In this document: positions 17,335 through 27,859 of the stretch, piece by piece
Numbering within the stretch: the first letter of the stretch is position 1
How the letters are laid out: every line of letters begins with the position of its first letter
Source of the DNA: Alphaproteobacteria bacterium
GTDB taxonomy: Bacteria > Pseudomonadota > Alphaproteobacteria > UBA6615
Assembly: GCA_009694135.1 (NCBI GenBank)
Contig: SHVS01000010.1
Location: forward strand, 5,780-69,779
Direction of reading: 5' to 3'
DNA length: 64,000 nt
The notes under the pieces: model-generated
The model's database searches: none
The model's input: only the letters and a program-made list of their open reading frames with translations
What the model was told of the DNA's origin: nothing
Position numbers and translations under genes: made by a program

Positions 17335-18556
17335 CGGAAAGCCGCGCCAGTTCGCGCAGACATTGCTCGCGATCGGCGGCGAACCCGCCCGCGACCCACC
17401 AGCTCTCGACTGCGTGCAGAAGTGTGCGCACGCGAACGCCCGGCGCGACGCCGAGCGCCAACACATCGCGGCCGCGCACTGGCAATTTGGGCGGCGTCCA
17501 GCCGGCGACGCGATCGAGCAGCGCGGCATAGCCAGTCGCGGTGACTTCCGCCGCGGCCCAGGCAAGCAGCACCAAGTCCGTGAATTGCTCCGACCCAAGC
17601 CGGTAAAGCAGTTGGCGACAGGCGTCGCGGTCCAGATCCGGCGCCGGACGCTCACTTGTTTCGCTCATCGCTGCTAGGCGTAGGCGCTCGCGGTTCGATA
17701 GGCGCAACTTGCGACCAACGGCCGTGGCTCCGGCCGCGGCCGCGTCGAGCGCCGCTGCGAGCCGGCGCAGAGGATCATTGAGTCCTCGCTGCCGCTCGAT
17801 TTCGATCAGCCTCGCAAGCCGATCGAACGACTTCGCGTTCGGCAGGAGTTGCTCCAAAACGCCATGCTGGCCCATCAGCGTCAGAATCGCAGCCGCGTTG
17901 TCGGCCGCCAAAAGCCGCAAAAGTTCGCCTGAAACACGCTCGCCCGATAGCGTCGGCAGAAGCGGCGCCAGCTCGCGCGCGGCCTCTATGCCCGCCGCAT
18001 CCATCTCCCCGCGACCGTAATGCGCGAAGAAGCGATAGAAGCGCAGCAGGCGGAGCACATCCTCGCGGATTCGATCACGGGGCAGGCCGACGAAACGGAC
18101 GCGCCCGGCCGCCAGATCGGCTTGCCCGCCGAAGGGGTCGTAGAGCGTCCCATCGGGCGAGGCGAACATCGCGTTGATCGTGAAATCGCGCCGCGCCGCA
18201 TCGGCCATCCAATCGTCGGTGAAGGCGACCTTGGCCCGCCGTCCGTAACTCTCGACATCCGTGCGTAACGTCGTGATTTCGTAATGCGCCTTGCCGATCA
18301 CCGCGGTCACGGTGCCGTGCTCGATTCCAGTCGGCAGCGCCTTGATCCCGGCCGCCGAGAGCCGCGCCATCACCTCGTCCGGCGCCAGGCCGGTGGCGAT
18401 ATCCACGTCCTTGACCGCGCGCTCGAGCAAGGCATCGCGCACGCAACCGCCGACGAAGCGCGCCGGGGCGCCGCCGGCGGTCAGCGCCAGCACTACGGCC
18501 TTCGCCTCCGGCGTCGTCATCCATGGCTGGGGCGGAAGTGTTCCGGCCGGAGTCAC
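17318..18556 (-). CDS. cca: CCA-adding tRNA nucleotidyltransferase / poly(A) polymerase family
   Basis: ARFVGGCVRDALLERAVKDVDIAT...RRDFTINAM head-domain motifs. Confidence 0.8.
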   Translation of the reverse strand: MTPAGTLPPQPWMTTPEAKAVVLALTAGGAPARFVGGCVRDALLERAVKDVDIATGLAPDEVMARLSAAGIKALPTGIEHGTVTAVIGKAHYEITTLRTDVESYGRRAKVAFTDDWMADAARRDFTINAMFASPDGTLYDPFGGQADLAAGRVRFVGLPRDRIREDVLRLLRFYRFFAHYGRGEMDAAGIEAARELAPLLPTLSGERVSGELLRLLAADNAAAILTLMGQHGVLEQLLPNAKSFDRLARLIEIERQRGLNDPLRRLAAALDAAAAGATAVGRKLRLSNRERLRLAAMSETSERPAPDLDRDACRQLLYRLGSEQFTDLVLLAWAAAEVTATGYAALLDRVAGWTPPKLPVRGRDVLALGVAPGVRVRTLLHAVESWWVAGGFAADREQCLRELARLSAISPA

Positions 18557-18568
18557 GCTGCGCCCCCG

Positions 18569-18850
18569 CTAATTGCTGGGCGCGCGTTGCGCCGGAACAA
18601 TGCGGCCATCCTCCAGCCGCGGCGGCTGATATTGGCCGGCCGGGATACGCTCTTCGAACAGCGCCACGGCCACGAAACCCGCGCCCGCCAGCGCGATCCC
18701 GGCCAATATCAGCCAAAACCACGGCCCATGCCGCAAAGCCGGTATCTCGGTCGAGCCGGTGACGCGTGCCCGCCAATACAACAGCCCGAGCCAGGCCAGA
18801 TAGACCGCGCTCGGCAGCAGGGCGAGCAGGATGAAACGCAGCGGTTGCAT
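18569..18850 (-). CDS. Small two-TM membrane protein, function unknown
   Basis: 93-aa ORF packed tightly between the nudix gene and cca. Two hydrophobic helices are present (ILLALLPSAVYLAWLGLLYW, WFWLILAGIALAGAGFVAVAL). Confidence 0.45.
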   Translation of the reverse strand: MQPLRFILLALLPSAVYLAWLGLLYWRARVTGSTEIPALRHGPWFWLILAGIALAGAGFVAVALFEERIPAGQYQPPRLEDGRIVPAQRAPSN

Positions 18851-18854
18851 CGGC

Positions 18855-19469
18855 CTAGCCCGCCAAAACGTCGCAAAGATTGATCAGCATCCCGGCGGTC
18901 GCTCCCCAGATGGCACGGCCTTCGTAGCGCAATTCGGGCGCGCTGCGTTCGACGGACGCCTCTTGCCACCTCCGCACCGCGTGGTTGCGCCGGTCGCGCA
19001 GGAAATCGAGCGGCACCTCGAACACCTCCGCCACTTCCATCGGGTAGGGGCGCAACACGGCCGCGGCATCGATCAGCCCGACGATCGGCACCACGGCAAA
19101 GCCGGTGCCGGTGCCATAAGTATCGAGCCGGCCAAGCAGCTCCACGCACCCTGCGTCGAGTCCAACCTCCTCTTGCGCCTCACGCAGTGCCGCCGCCTCG
19201 GGCGACGCATCGCTCGGCTCGATCCGCCCGCCGGGGAAGCTGATCTGCCCGGCGTGCACGGCGAGGCCTGGCGCCCTTCGCGTGAGCAGCACCGTTGCCC
19301 CGGTGGCGCGCAGGAACAGCGGCACCAGCACAGCCGCGGGGCGGGCATCGGCCTCGACCGCTCGCCCGCGTTTGCCGGCGACATAGGCCGCCATGCGGCC
19401 GGTGATCAGCGCCCGTTCGGCCTGGTCGCCCCGGTCGATCAGCGCGCTGGATGATCCGCTTCGAGTCAT
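18855..19469 (-). CDS. nudL: CoA pyrophosphatase (NUDIX hydrolase)
   Basis: HAGQISFPGGRIEPSDASPEAAALREAQEEVGL, a Nudix box with the upstream CoA-type motif. Confidence 0.75.
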   Translation of the reverse strand: MTRSGSSSALIDRGDQAERALITGRMAAYVAGKRGRAVEADARPAAVLVPLFLRATGATVLLTRRAPGLAVHAGQISFPGGRIEPSDASPEAAALREAQEEVGLDAGCVELLGRLDTYGTGTGFAVVPIVGLIDAAAVLRPYPMEVAEVFEVPLDFLRDRRNHAVRRWQEASVERSAPELRYEGRAIWGATAGMLINLCDVLAG

Positions 19470-19658
19470 GGCGCCCTTCTAGCATGTGTGGTCCGTCCAT
19501 GCGGAAGGAAGCTGTATGCCCGTCTTCGTGGCACCCCGCTGCCCGGTTTGCGCCATCAGGGTGTAGTAGCGATAATGTGCCGTTCGGCCCGCCGCCGCGA
19601 CGGTGCCAACACCTGTGTCGCGTGTTTGTAGGAAAGCGCGGCAAACCGGGATGAGGAC

Positions 19659-20669
19659 ATGGGCAACACGACGACGCTAGGCGCCGAATCCAGCGAAAAG
19701 CTTGTCGACGAGATCGAGCAGCTCGGCGAGCGGCTTATAGCCGTACGCCAGAGCATCGGGCGCGTGATCTTCGGTCAGGTCGAGGTCATTGACGAGACGC
19801 TGATCACGCTACTTTGCGGCGGCCATGTGCTGCTGATCGGTGTCCCCGGCCTCGCGAAAACGCGGTTGGTGGAAACGCTCGGGATCGTCCTTGGCCTCGA
19901 CAATCGCCGCGTGCAATGCACGCCGGACCTCATGCCGGCCGACATCATCGGCTCGGAAGTCCTTGAAGAATCAGAGGCTGGACGCCGGTCCTTCCGCTTC
20001 ATCAAGGGCCCCGTGTTCGCCCAACTGCTGATGGCCGACGAAATCAACCGCGCCAGCCCGCGCACCCAATCGGCACTGCTCCAGGCGATGCAGGAGCAGC
20101 GCGTCACGGTCGCCGGCGAAACGCATGACCTGCCGCGCCCGTTCCATGTGCTCGCAACGCAGAACCCGCTGGAACAGGAAGGCACCTACCCGCTGCCGGA
20201 GGCGCAGCTCGACCGCTTCTTGTTGCAGGTCGATGTGACCTATCCCGATCTCGAATCAGAGCGGCAGATGCTCATGGCCACGACCGGCGTAGTGGAATCG
20301 ACCGCGACCCGGGTCATGGACTCGGCCGAGTTGGAGAAGGCGCAGCGTCTGATCCGCCGCGTGCCGGTTGGCGACGCCGTGGTCAATGCTGTGCTCAAGC
20401 TGGTGCGCGACTCGCGCCCTGGCGGCGGTGGCCGCGCCGATATCGTGCCGCATGTCGCCTGGGGCCCCGGTCCGCGTGCGAGCCAAGCCTTGATGCTGGC
20501 CGCCCGCGCCCGCGCCGTGCTGGACGGGCGTTTGGCCCCATCTGTGGACGACGTCATGGCTCTGGCCGGGCCGGTATTGCGCCATCGCATGGCGCTCAAC
20601 TTCGCCGCCCGGGCCGACGGCATCACGATCGGTCAGATTATCGACCGTCTCGTCGAACCCCTGCGCTAG
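19659..20669 (+). CDS. MoxR-family AAA+ ATPase
   Basis: HVLLIGVPGLAKT (Walker A). LLMADEINRASPRTQSALLQAMQE (Walker B / sensor). Confidence 0.85.
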   Translation: MGNTTTLGAESSEKLVDEIEQLGERLIAVRQSIGRVIFGQVEVIDETLITLLCGGHVLLIGVPGLAKTRLVETLGIVLGLDNRRVQCTPDLMPADIIGSEVLEESEAGRRSFRFIKGPVFAQLLMADEINRASPRTQSALLQAMQEQRVTVAGETHDLPRPFHVLATQNPLEQEGTYPLPEAQLDRFLLQVDVTYPDLESERQMLMATTGVVESTATRVMDSAELEKAQRLIRRVPVGDAVVNAVLKLVRDSRPGGGGRADIVPHVAWGPGPRASQALMLAARARAVLDGRLAPSVDDVMALAGPVLRHRMALNFAARADGITIGQIIDRLVEPLR

Positions 20670-20687
20670 CGGCGAAAGCCGAGCCGC

Positions 20688-21611
20688 ATGGCCGTCGCCG
20701 GACAGCTTGCGCCCAAAGGCCTCGCTCTTAGGGGCAAGGCGGAACAGCTTGCCGCCGCTCTGCCGCCCTTGCTGGTGGCGGCCGAACGGGTGGCGAGCAC
20801 GGTGGCGCAGGGCGTGCACGGACGGCGACGGGTCGGCCAGGGCGAGGCGTTCTGGCAATTCCGTCGCTTCGGTTATGGCGATTCGGTGCAGCGGATCGAC
20901 TGGCGGCAATCGGCCAAATCGCAATACCTGTATTTGCGCGAGACCGAGTGGGAAGCGGCGCAAAGCGTCTGGCTGTGGCGCGACGCCTCGCCGTCGATGC
21001 AGTATCGCTCCGATCCGGAATTACCAACCAAACTCGAACGCGCAACGGTGATCCTGCTCGCGCTGATGGTGCTGCTGGTGCGCGGCGGCGAGCGCATCGC
21101 CCTGCTCGGCGGCGGCGGTTATCCGGCCACCGGCCGCGCGGTACTTAATCGTCTGGCCAATACTCTCTTGCAGGGCATGGTCCCCAGCGACGATGCCGAG
21201 GCCAAATCCGCTCCCAGCCTGCCGGCGGACGAGCCCTTGCCGCGTTTCGGCCATGTGGTGATGATCGGCGATTTCCTGTCGCCCTTGTCCGAGATCGACC
21301 GTTGCGCGCGCGGTTTCGCTGCGCGCGGCGTGCAGGGCCACATCGTCCAAGTGCTCGATCCGGCCGAAACGGTGATGCCGTTCAAGGGCCGCAGCCGCTT
21401 CACCGGATTGGAAGCCGAAGGAAATCTCCTGGTCGGCAAGGCCGAGGGGCTGCGCACCGCCTATCTTGAGCGGCTCGATCAGCAACAGGCCGCGCTGTCC
21501 GCACTCGCGCGTGCGCTTGGCTGGGTCTACACTATTCATCACACCGAGCGGCCACCGCAGCCGGCGCTGCTGGCCCTCTACACCACGCTCGCCGATCTCC
21601 TCGGCAAGTGA
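20688..21611 (+). CDS. DUF58 (vWA-like) protein, MoxR partner
   Basis: GEAFWQFRRFGYGDSVQRIDWRQSAKS is typical of DUF58. It lies immediately downstream of the MoxR gene. Confidence 0.8.
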   Translation: MAVAGQLAPKGLALRGKAEQLAAALPPLLVAAERVASTVAQGVHGRRRVGQGEAFWQFRRFGYGDSVQRIDWRQSAKSQYLYLRETEWEAAQSVWLWRDASPSMQYRSDPELPTKLERATVILLALMVLLVRGGERIALLGGGGYPATGRAVLNRLANTLLQGMVPSDDAEAKSAPSLPADEPLPRFGHVVMIGDFLSPLSEIDRCARGFAARGVQGHIVQVLDPAETVMPFKGRSRFTGLEAEGNLLVGKAEGLRTAYLERLDQQQAALSALARALGWVYTIHHTERPPQPALLALYTTLADLLGK

Positions 21612-21683
21612 CGCCACCGTGAAGGCATACCAAATGTTTGCGGCCAATCCCTGTTGCGCCCCAGGGCGCGGGAGTTGCGGGCG

Positions 21684-24455
21684 ATGATGGCGCTCGGGCC
21701 ATTGGCCTTCGTGGCCCCGTGGATTTTGGCCGGACTCGTGACTCTGCCGGTCCTGTGGTGGTTGCTGCGCATCATGCCGCCGGCCCCGCGCCTGGTCCCC
21801 TTCCCGGCCATCCGCTTGCTGTTCGGACTCAAACAAACCGAGGAAACCCCGCATCGGACGCCGTGGTGGCTCTTGCTATTGCGCCTATTCCTGGCGACGA
21901 TCGTGATCCTCGCGCTCGCGCATCCCCTGCTCAATCCAGGCGCGCCACTCGGCGGTAGTGGGCCGCTGCTGCTGGTGATCGACGACGGCTGGGCGGCGGC
22001 GCGGCAATGGCCCGACCGTCAAGCCGCCATGCGCAAGCTGATCGACCAGGCCGAGCAAGAAGGCAAGGCGGTGATGCTGCTGCCGACGGCCCAGCCTGAA
22101 ACCGGTGAGCCGGTGCATGTTTCACGCTTGCTGCGGGCCAATGACGCGCGCCAAGTCGCGCAAGCGATGGAGCCCAAGCCGTGGGCGACTAACCGTTTGG
22201 GCGCCCTAGCCGCGCTCACCGATGTCAGCTTCGAGAGTTCGGTCAATGCCGTGTGGCTGTCGGATGGCCTTGACGATCAAGGTCCGAGCGGAACCGAAAC
22301 GCCGGCGACACAACTTATGCGCCGACTGCAAAGCCTTGGGAGCGTGCGGCTGATCACGCATCAGCCGCTGCGCATGGCGCGGCTTTTGCTGCCGCCGGAG
22401 ATCACCGGCACCGGCCTGACGCTTAAGGCCGCACGCGCCGCTGCCGGACAGGAAGAAGCGGTGACGGTCACCGGCCTGACCGATGACGGGCGCGTTTTGG
22501 CGCGCCAACCGGTCCGCTTCGCCAGCGGCGCCGCTACGGCCGAAACGACTCTCGAACTGCCGGTTGAGTTGCGCAATCGCCTCGCGCGCTTGGCCATCGA
22601 GGGCGAGGACACCGCCGGCGCCGTGGTGATGCTCGATGAGCGTTACCGTCGTCGGCCGGTCGGCTTGGTGTCGGGCGAGACCGCCGAAATGGCGCAGCCG
22701 CTGCTCGGCGACCTGTTCTACATCGAACGCGCGCTTACGCCCTTCGCCGAGCTACGCAAAGGCAATATTCTCGACCTGATCAAGCGCGAATTGGCCGTGC
22801 TGGTCCTCGCCGATATCGGCGACTTCACCAATGCCGAAGACGCCGCCGTGGAAGAATGGGTCACGCGCGGTGGCGTGCTGCTGCGCTTCGCCGGCCCGCG
22901 ATTGGCCGAGGGCAGCGACCGGCTGCTGCCGGCGACGCTGCGGCGCGGCGGGCGCAGCTTCGGCGGCGTGATGTCTTGGGCACTGCCGTTGCAGGTGGAA
23001 ACCTTCGAGGCGCAGAGCCCCTTCGCCGGTTTGCCGATCTCGCCGGAAGTCACGGTCAAGGAGCAAGTTCTGGCTGATCCGTCGCCCGATCTTTCGCGTA
23101 AGGTCTGGGCGCGGCTGTCGGACGGCACGCCGCTGGTCACCGCCGACCGCAAGGGCGCCGGTTGGCTGATCCTGGTGCACACCACCGCCAACGCGTCGTG
23201 GTCGAATCTTGCCTTGTCCGGCGTATTTGTCGACATGTTGCGGCGGATCGTCAGCCTGAGCCAAGGCGTGGCCGGGGCCGATGGCACGGCGGCCCTGCCG
23301 CCGCTGCTGACGCTCGATGGCTTCGGCCGGCTTGGCACGCCGCCAGGCACCACTCAGGCGATCCGCAGCGATTTGTTCGCCCAGGCGCGGCCCGGTCCGC
23401 GCACGCCGCCCGGTTATTACGGCACTGAAAGTTCGCGCCGCGCGCTCAATCTTGGCGGCTCGGTCCCACCGCCACGGGCCATGGGCACCTTGCCCTCAGG
23501 CGTCACGCGTGAAGATTTCGAAACCGGCGCCCAGCAAATAGACCTCAAGCCCTGGTTCCTCATCATGGCGATGTTAGTCCTGCTGCTCGACTTCGTGATC
23601 GCGCTCATTCTGCGCGGCTTGATGCCCGGCATGAACGCGCCCTCGGCGCGTGCGTCCGCGGCAACCGCGGCGCTGGCGACGCTCATGCTCATCGGCATGC
23701 CGCTGAACGACGGCGCCCAGGCGCAGGGGCGTGACCCGGGTCGCAACGACGAGGCCTTTATCCTCAAGGCCGGCGACAACATCCACCTCGCTTATGTCGT
23801 AACTGGCGTATTGCGCGTGGATGAAGATAGCCGCGCCGGACTGGCCGGGCTGACGCTGGTGCTGTTGCGCCGCACCTCGGTCGAGGCCGGGGATCCGATC
23901 GGCGTCAATCTGGATCGGGATGATCTATCCTTTTTCCCGCTGCTCTATTGGCCGATGAGCGAAGAGCAAGAAGTGCTCTCCGACACGGCGATCGCCGCGC
24001 TCAATCAATATATGCGCAATGGCGGCACCATCCTGTTCGACACACGCGACCAGGGCGTGAGCATCGGCGAAGGCACCCAGGCGCTGCGCCGGATCGCCGG
24101 CGGGCTTGACCTGCCGCCGATCATTCCCGTCCCGGCCGAGCATGTGCTCACCAAAGCGTTCTACCTGATGAAGGATTTTCCAGGCCGCTACGCCGGCGGC
24201 ACGCTTTGGGTGCAGCAACCCGACTTGCGCGTGAACGACGGCGTTTCGCCGGTGGTCGTCGGCGGCAACGACTGGGCCGCGGCCTGGGCGATCGACGCCA
24301 AGAACCAGCCGCTCTATCCGGTCGTCCCTGGGGGCGACCGCCAGCGTGAGATGGCCTATCGCTTCGGGGTCAATCTGGTGATGTACGCGCTTACCGGCAA
24401 CTACAAGGCCGATCAGGTGCATGTGCCGCAAATCCTCGAGCGGCTTGGTCAGTAG
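21684..24455 (+). CDS. Large membrane protein: BatA-type N-terminal double-TM domain plus C-terminal DUF4159-like domain
   Basis: GGGAG lies 9 nt before ATG 21684. N-terminus FVAPWILAGLVTLPVLWWLLRIMPP..PFPAIRLL. C-terminus FYLMKDFPGRY...GGNDWAAAW...YRFGVNLVMYALTGNYKADQVH. Confidence 0.7.
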   Translation: MMALGPLAFVAPWILAGLVTLPVLWWLLRIMPPAPRLVPFPAIRLLFGLKQTEETPHRTPWWLLLLRLFLATIVILALAHPLLNPGAPLGGSGPLLLVIDDGWAAARQWPDRQAAMRKLIDQAEQEGKAVMLLPTAQPETGEPVHVSRLLRANDARQVAQAMEPKPWATNRLGALAALTDVSFESSVNAVWLSDGLDDQGPSGTETPATQLMRRLQSLGSVRLITHQPLRMARLLLPPEITGTGLTLKAARAAAGQEEAVTVTGLTDDGRVLARQPVRFASGAATAETTLELPVELRNRLARLAIEGEDTAGAVVMLDERYRRRPVGLVSGETAEMAQPLLGDLFYIERALTPFAELRKGNILDLIKRELAVLVLADIGDFTNAEDAAVEEWVTRGGVLLRFAGPRLAEGSDRLLPATLRRGGRSFGGVMSWALPLQVETFEAQSPFAGLPISPEVTVKEQVLADPSPDLSRKVWARLSDGTPLVTADRKGAGWLILVHTTANASWSNLALSGVFVDMLRRIVSLSQGVAGADGTAALPPLLTLDGFGRLGTPPGTTQAIRSDLFAQARPGPRTPPGYYGTESSRRALNLGGSVPPPRAMGTLPSGVTREDFETGAQQIDLKPWFLIMAMLVLLLDFVIALILRGLMPGMNAPSARASAATAALATLMLIGMPLNDGAQAQGRDPGRNDEAFILKAGDNIHLAYVVTGVLRVDEDSRAGLAGLTLVLLRRTSVEAGDPIGVNLDRDDLSFFPLLYWPMSEEQEVLSDTAIAALNQYMRNGGTILFDTRDQGVSIGEGTQALRRIAGGLDLPPIIPVPAEHVLTKAFYLMKDFPGRYAGGTLWVQQPDLRVNDGVSPVVVGGNDWAAAWAIDAKNQPLYPVVPGGDRQREMAYRFGVNLVMYALTGNYKADQVHVPQILERLGQ

Positions 24456-24496
24456 GCGCAGGAAGCCAGGCGCATGAACGCCCAGGACTTTAGCTC

Positions 24497-26602
24497 ATGA
24501 ACGCACTCTCGCTCGGCTTTGATCCGCTGCTGCCGCTGATCGCCATTGCGGTCATCGGCGGGATTGCGCTGGCCGTGTTGTCGATCGGTGTCGTGCGCCG
24601 CGCGCCGGGGCTGATCCTGCGGCTGGTCGCGGCCGCCGGCATCGTCATCGCGCTGCTCAATCCCTCGCTGGTGATGGAGGAGCGCGAACCGCAAGGCGAT
24701 ATCGCCGTGATCGTGGTCGACGAGAGCGCGAGCCAGAACATCGGCGATCGCAAGGCACGCACCGAAAAGGCGCTCGCCGCCGTCGAAGCACGGCTCAAGG
24801 AGCGGCCGGGGGTCGAGGTGCGCGTCGTGCGCGTGCGGCCAGGCGAAGGCGGCACCGGCCGTGGTCAGGTGGACGGCACCTTCCTGATGGGCGCGCTCGA
24901 TCGCGCGGTGGCCGAAATCCCGCGCGCGCGTCTTGCCGGCGCGATCATCATCAGCGACGGCCAAGTGCATGACGCGCCGTCGGATGCGAGCAAATTCGTC
25001 TTCGACCGACCGCTGCATGTGCTTCTTTCCGGCGACAAGAGCGAGGGCGATCGCCGCTTGGTCGTGGTCGATGCACCCAGCTACGGCCTCGTCGGGCAAA
25101 ACGTCACCATGGCTATCCGCGTCGAGGATCCGCCAGGCGTTCCCCCTGGTCCGGCGCGCGTCACCATCCGCCGCGGCGCGCAAGTGGAAGTGGAAACGCT
25201 CACGGTCACCACTGGCACGCGGCGCAGCATCGATGTGGTGCTCGACCGGGCCGGCACGACCGCGGTCGAAGTCACGGTCGAACCCGGCCCGCGCGAACTC
25301 ACGCTCGACAACAATCGCGCCGTGGTGCTGATCAATGGCGTGCGCGACCGCCTGCGCGTACTGCTCGTGTCCGGCGAACCGCATGCCGGCGGGCGCGGCT
25401 GGCGCAACCTGCTCAAATCCGATCCATCGGTCGATCTCGTCCACTTCACCATTTTGCGGCCGCCGGAGAAGCAGGACGGCACGCCGGTACGCGAGCTGTC
25501 GTTGATCGCGTTTCCGATCCGCGAGCTGTTCGAGATCAAGCTGCATGAGTTCGATCTCGTCATCTTCGATCGCTATCGCAATCGCGGCGTGCTGCCGGTG
25601 CAGTACCTGGCCAATATCGCCGATTACGTCAGCCACGGCGGCGCGTTCCTGGAAGCGGTTGGGCCAAGTTTCGCCACGCCGCTCGGGCTCTATCGCACGC
25701 CGCTTGGCGCCGTGCTGCCGGCGACACCGACCGGAGAGGTGCTCGAAGGGGGCTATCGCGCGCATCTGACCGATCTTGGCCGCCGCCACCCAGTAACCGC
25801 CGAACTTGAAGGTGCCGGAGCGCCCGGGGCTGACCCGAGCTGGGGCCGCTGGTACCGGCTGGTCGAAGGCAAGGCGCGCGCCGGAAGCGTGGTCATGGCC
25901 GGCGAAGGCGAGCGCCCACTCCTGGTTCTCGACCGCGTCGGTGAAGGCCGTGTCGGCCAGATCCTGACCGATCAGATGTGGCTGTGGTCGCGCGGCTTCG
26001 ATGGTGGCGGGCCGCAGCTTGAGCTTCTGCGCCGCATGGCGCATTGGCTGATGAAAGAGCCCGAGCTGGAAGAAAACGACCTGACCGCCGAAATGCGCGG
26101 CGGGCGATTGGAAATCCAGCGCCGCTCGCTCGTGGCCAGGACCGATCCGGTCGAGGTCACCTTCCCCAGCGGCCGCAAGGCCGAAGTGCCCATGGTCGAA
26201 ATGGGCGGTGGCCGCGCTGTCGGCAATCTCCCGGTCGAAGAGGCCGGGATCTATCGCCTCAAGGACGGCGACAAGGCCGCGCTGACGGTGGTCGGTTCGG
26301 TCAATCCGCGCGAATTCGCTGACGTAAGCGCGACCGATTTAATCCTCGGTCCGCTCGCGCGCGCGACCGGAGGCGGCGTAGTGTGGCTGTCCGAGGCAGG
26401 CGAACCTGATGTGCGCCTGGTGGCCGAGGGCCGCGATACCTTCGGCGTCAGCGGCATCGGCGGACGGCCGTGGCTCGGCCTGCGTGCCAACAACGACTTC
26501 ATCGTCCGCGGCGTGAACGAGCTTCCGCTCTGGCCGGCGCTCGCCACCCTGTTCCTGGCGCTCGGCGCGTTGTTGCTCGCCTGGCGGCGCGAGGGGCGCT
26601 AA
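24497..26602 (+). CDS. Membrane-anchored protein, fourth gene of the MoxR module; function unknown
   Basis: 701 aa. N-terminal TM pair followed by DIAVIVVDESASQNIGDR (vWA/MIDAS-like). C-terminal TM helix LWPALATLFLALGALLLAW. Confidence 0.6.
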   Translation: MNALSLGFDPLLPLIAIAVIGGIALAVLSIGVVRRAPGLILRLVAAAGIVIALLNPSLVMEEREPQGDIAVIVVDESASQNIGDRKARTEKALAAVEARLKERPGVEVRVVRVRPGEGGTGRGQVDGTFLMGALDRAVAEIPRARLAGAIIISDGQVHDAPSDASKFVFDRPLHVLLSGDKSEGDRRLVVVDAPSYGLVGQNVTMAIRVEDPPGVPPGPARVTIRRGAQVEVETLTVTTGTRRSIDVVLDRAGTTAVEVTVEPGPRELTLDNNRAVVLINGVRDRLRVLLVSGEPHAGGRGWRNLLKSDPSVDLVHFTILRPPEKQDGTPVRELSLIAFPIRELFEIKLHEFDLVIFDRYRNRGVLPVQYLANIADYVSHGGAFLEAVGPSFATPLGLYRTPLGAVLPATPTGEVLEGGYRAHLTDLGRRHPVTAELEGAGAPGADPSWGRWYRLVEGKARAGSVVMAGEGERPLLVLDRVGEGRVGQILTDQMWLWSRGFDGGGPQLELLRRMAHWLMKEPELEENDLTAEMRGGRLEIQRRSLVARTDPVEVTFPSGRKAEVPMVEMGGGRAVGNLPVEEAGIYRLKDGDKAALTVVGSVNPREFADVSATDLILGPLARATGGGVVWLSEAGEPDVRLVAEGRDTFGVSGIGGRPWLGLRANNDFIVRGVNELPLWPALATLFLALGALLLAWRREGR

Positions 26603-26626
26603 CGATCCGGAAGAAGCAGCCGTGCC

Positions 26627-27859
26627 TTAGGCGTATCTGAGCGCTTCAATGGGATCGAGACGCGCGGCTTTAAGCGCCGGGTAGAAGCCGAAGAAGATCC
26701 CGACCGCGGCGGCGAAGCCGAAGGACAGCGCGACCGAGGAGAGTTCCAGCAGCATCGGCCACTGCGCCATAGTGGCGACCAGATTGGAGCCGCCGACCCC
26801 AAGCGCGACGCCGATCAGCCCGCCGAGGCTCGACAAGGCCAGGGATTCCAGCAGGAACTGGATCAGGATATCGCGTCCGCGCGCGCCGAGCGCGAGACGG
26901 AGCCCGATCTCGCGGGTGCGTTCGGTCACCGACACCAGCATGATGTTCATGATTCCGATGCCACCGACGACCAGCGACACCGAGGCGACGGCGGCGAGCA
27001 GGATCGACATCACCCGCGAGGATTCCGCGCGCGCGCTCATCGCCTCGGAAATGTTGCGGATGTCGAAATCATTATCACGCCCTTCGCGGATGCTGTGCCG
27101 CTGGCGCATGAGTTCGGTGATCTCCGCCTGCACCACCGGCACGGCTTCGGCCGAACGCGCCTGCACGGTGATCGATTGCACGGTGCGCCCGCCCACCTGC
27201 CGACCGCCGAGCACGCGCGTCTTCGCGGTCGAGAGGGGGACATAGACCAGATCGTCCTGGTCGCGCCCCTGCCCCGACTGGCCCTTGGCGGCGAGCACGC
27301 CAACAACCGTGAACGGCACGTTCTCGATACGCAGCGACTGGCCGACCGCGTCCTCGCCCGGAAACAGGTTCGCCGCCACGGTATTGCCGAGCAGCGCGGA
27401 TTTCTCAGCCGTCGCCACATCGGCGTCCTCGATCCCGCGCCCGCGCGCCACGGTCCAGTTGCGCGCGACGAGGAAACCCGGCGTGATGCCTTCGATCGCC
27501 GACTGCCAATTGGCGTTGCCGGCGACCAGTTGGCCGTTGCCGCGCACCGAGGGGGCGGCGATCGCCACGCCGTCGACCTGTGCCTCGATGGCGATCGCAT
27601 CGTCCCAGGTGAGCGTCGAACGCGTGCCGGCGCCGAGCCGAACCCCGCCCTGGTTGACCGAGCCGGGCACGATGATCAGCAGATTGGAGCCGAGCGAGCG
27701 GATGAGCTGATCGACCTGGCTCTGCGCGCCCGAGCCGACAGCGACCATGACGATCACCGCGCCGACGCCGATCATGATCCCGAGCGTGGTCAAAACGCTG
27801 CGCAGCACATTGGCGCGCAGCGAGGCCAGAGCCGAGCGCAGGAAATCGCCGGTGTTCAT
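26627..27859 (-). CDS. MacB/FtsX-type ABC transporter permease
   Basis: N-terminal TM, large periplasmic domain, and C-terminal FtsX region (TREIGLRLALGARGRDILIQFLLES...GFYPALKAARLDPIEALR). Confidence 0.8.
   Translation of the reverse strand: MNTGDFLRSALASLRANVLRSVLTTLGIMIGVGAVIVMVAVGSGAQSQVDQLIRSLGSNLLIIVPGSVNQGGVRLGAGTRSTLTWDDAIAIEAQVDGVAIAAPSVRGNGQLVAGNANWQSAIEGITPGFLVARNWTVARGRGIEDADVATAEKSALLGNTVAANLFPGEDAVGQSLRIENVPFTVVGVLAAKGQSGQGRDQDDLVYVPLSTAKTRVLGGRQVGGRTVQSITVQARSAEAVPVVQAEITELMRQRHSIREGRDNDFDIRNISEAMSARAESSRVMSILLAAVASVSLVVGGIGIMNIMLVSVTERTREIGLRLALGARGRDILIQFLLESLALSSLGGLIGVALGVGGSNLVATMAQWPMLLELSSVALSFGFAAAVGIFFGFYPALKAARLDPIEALRYA

Noticed and set aside
24449-26044. 531-aa minus-strand ORF
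   Set aside because: It is antisense to the 701-aa membrane protein of the MoxR module. Its composition is dominated by R/A/D/H and it has no motif.
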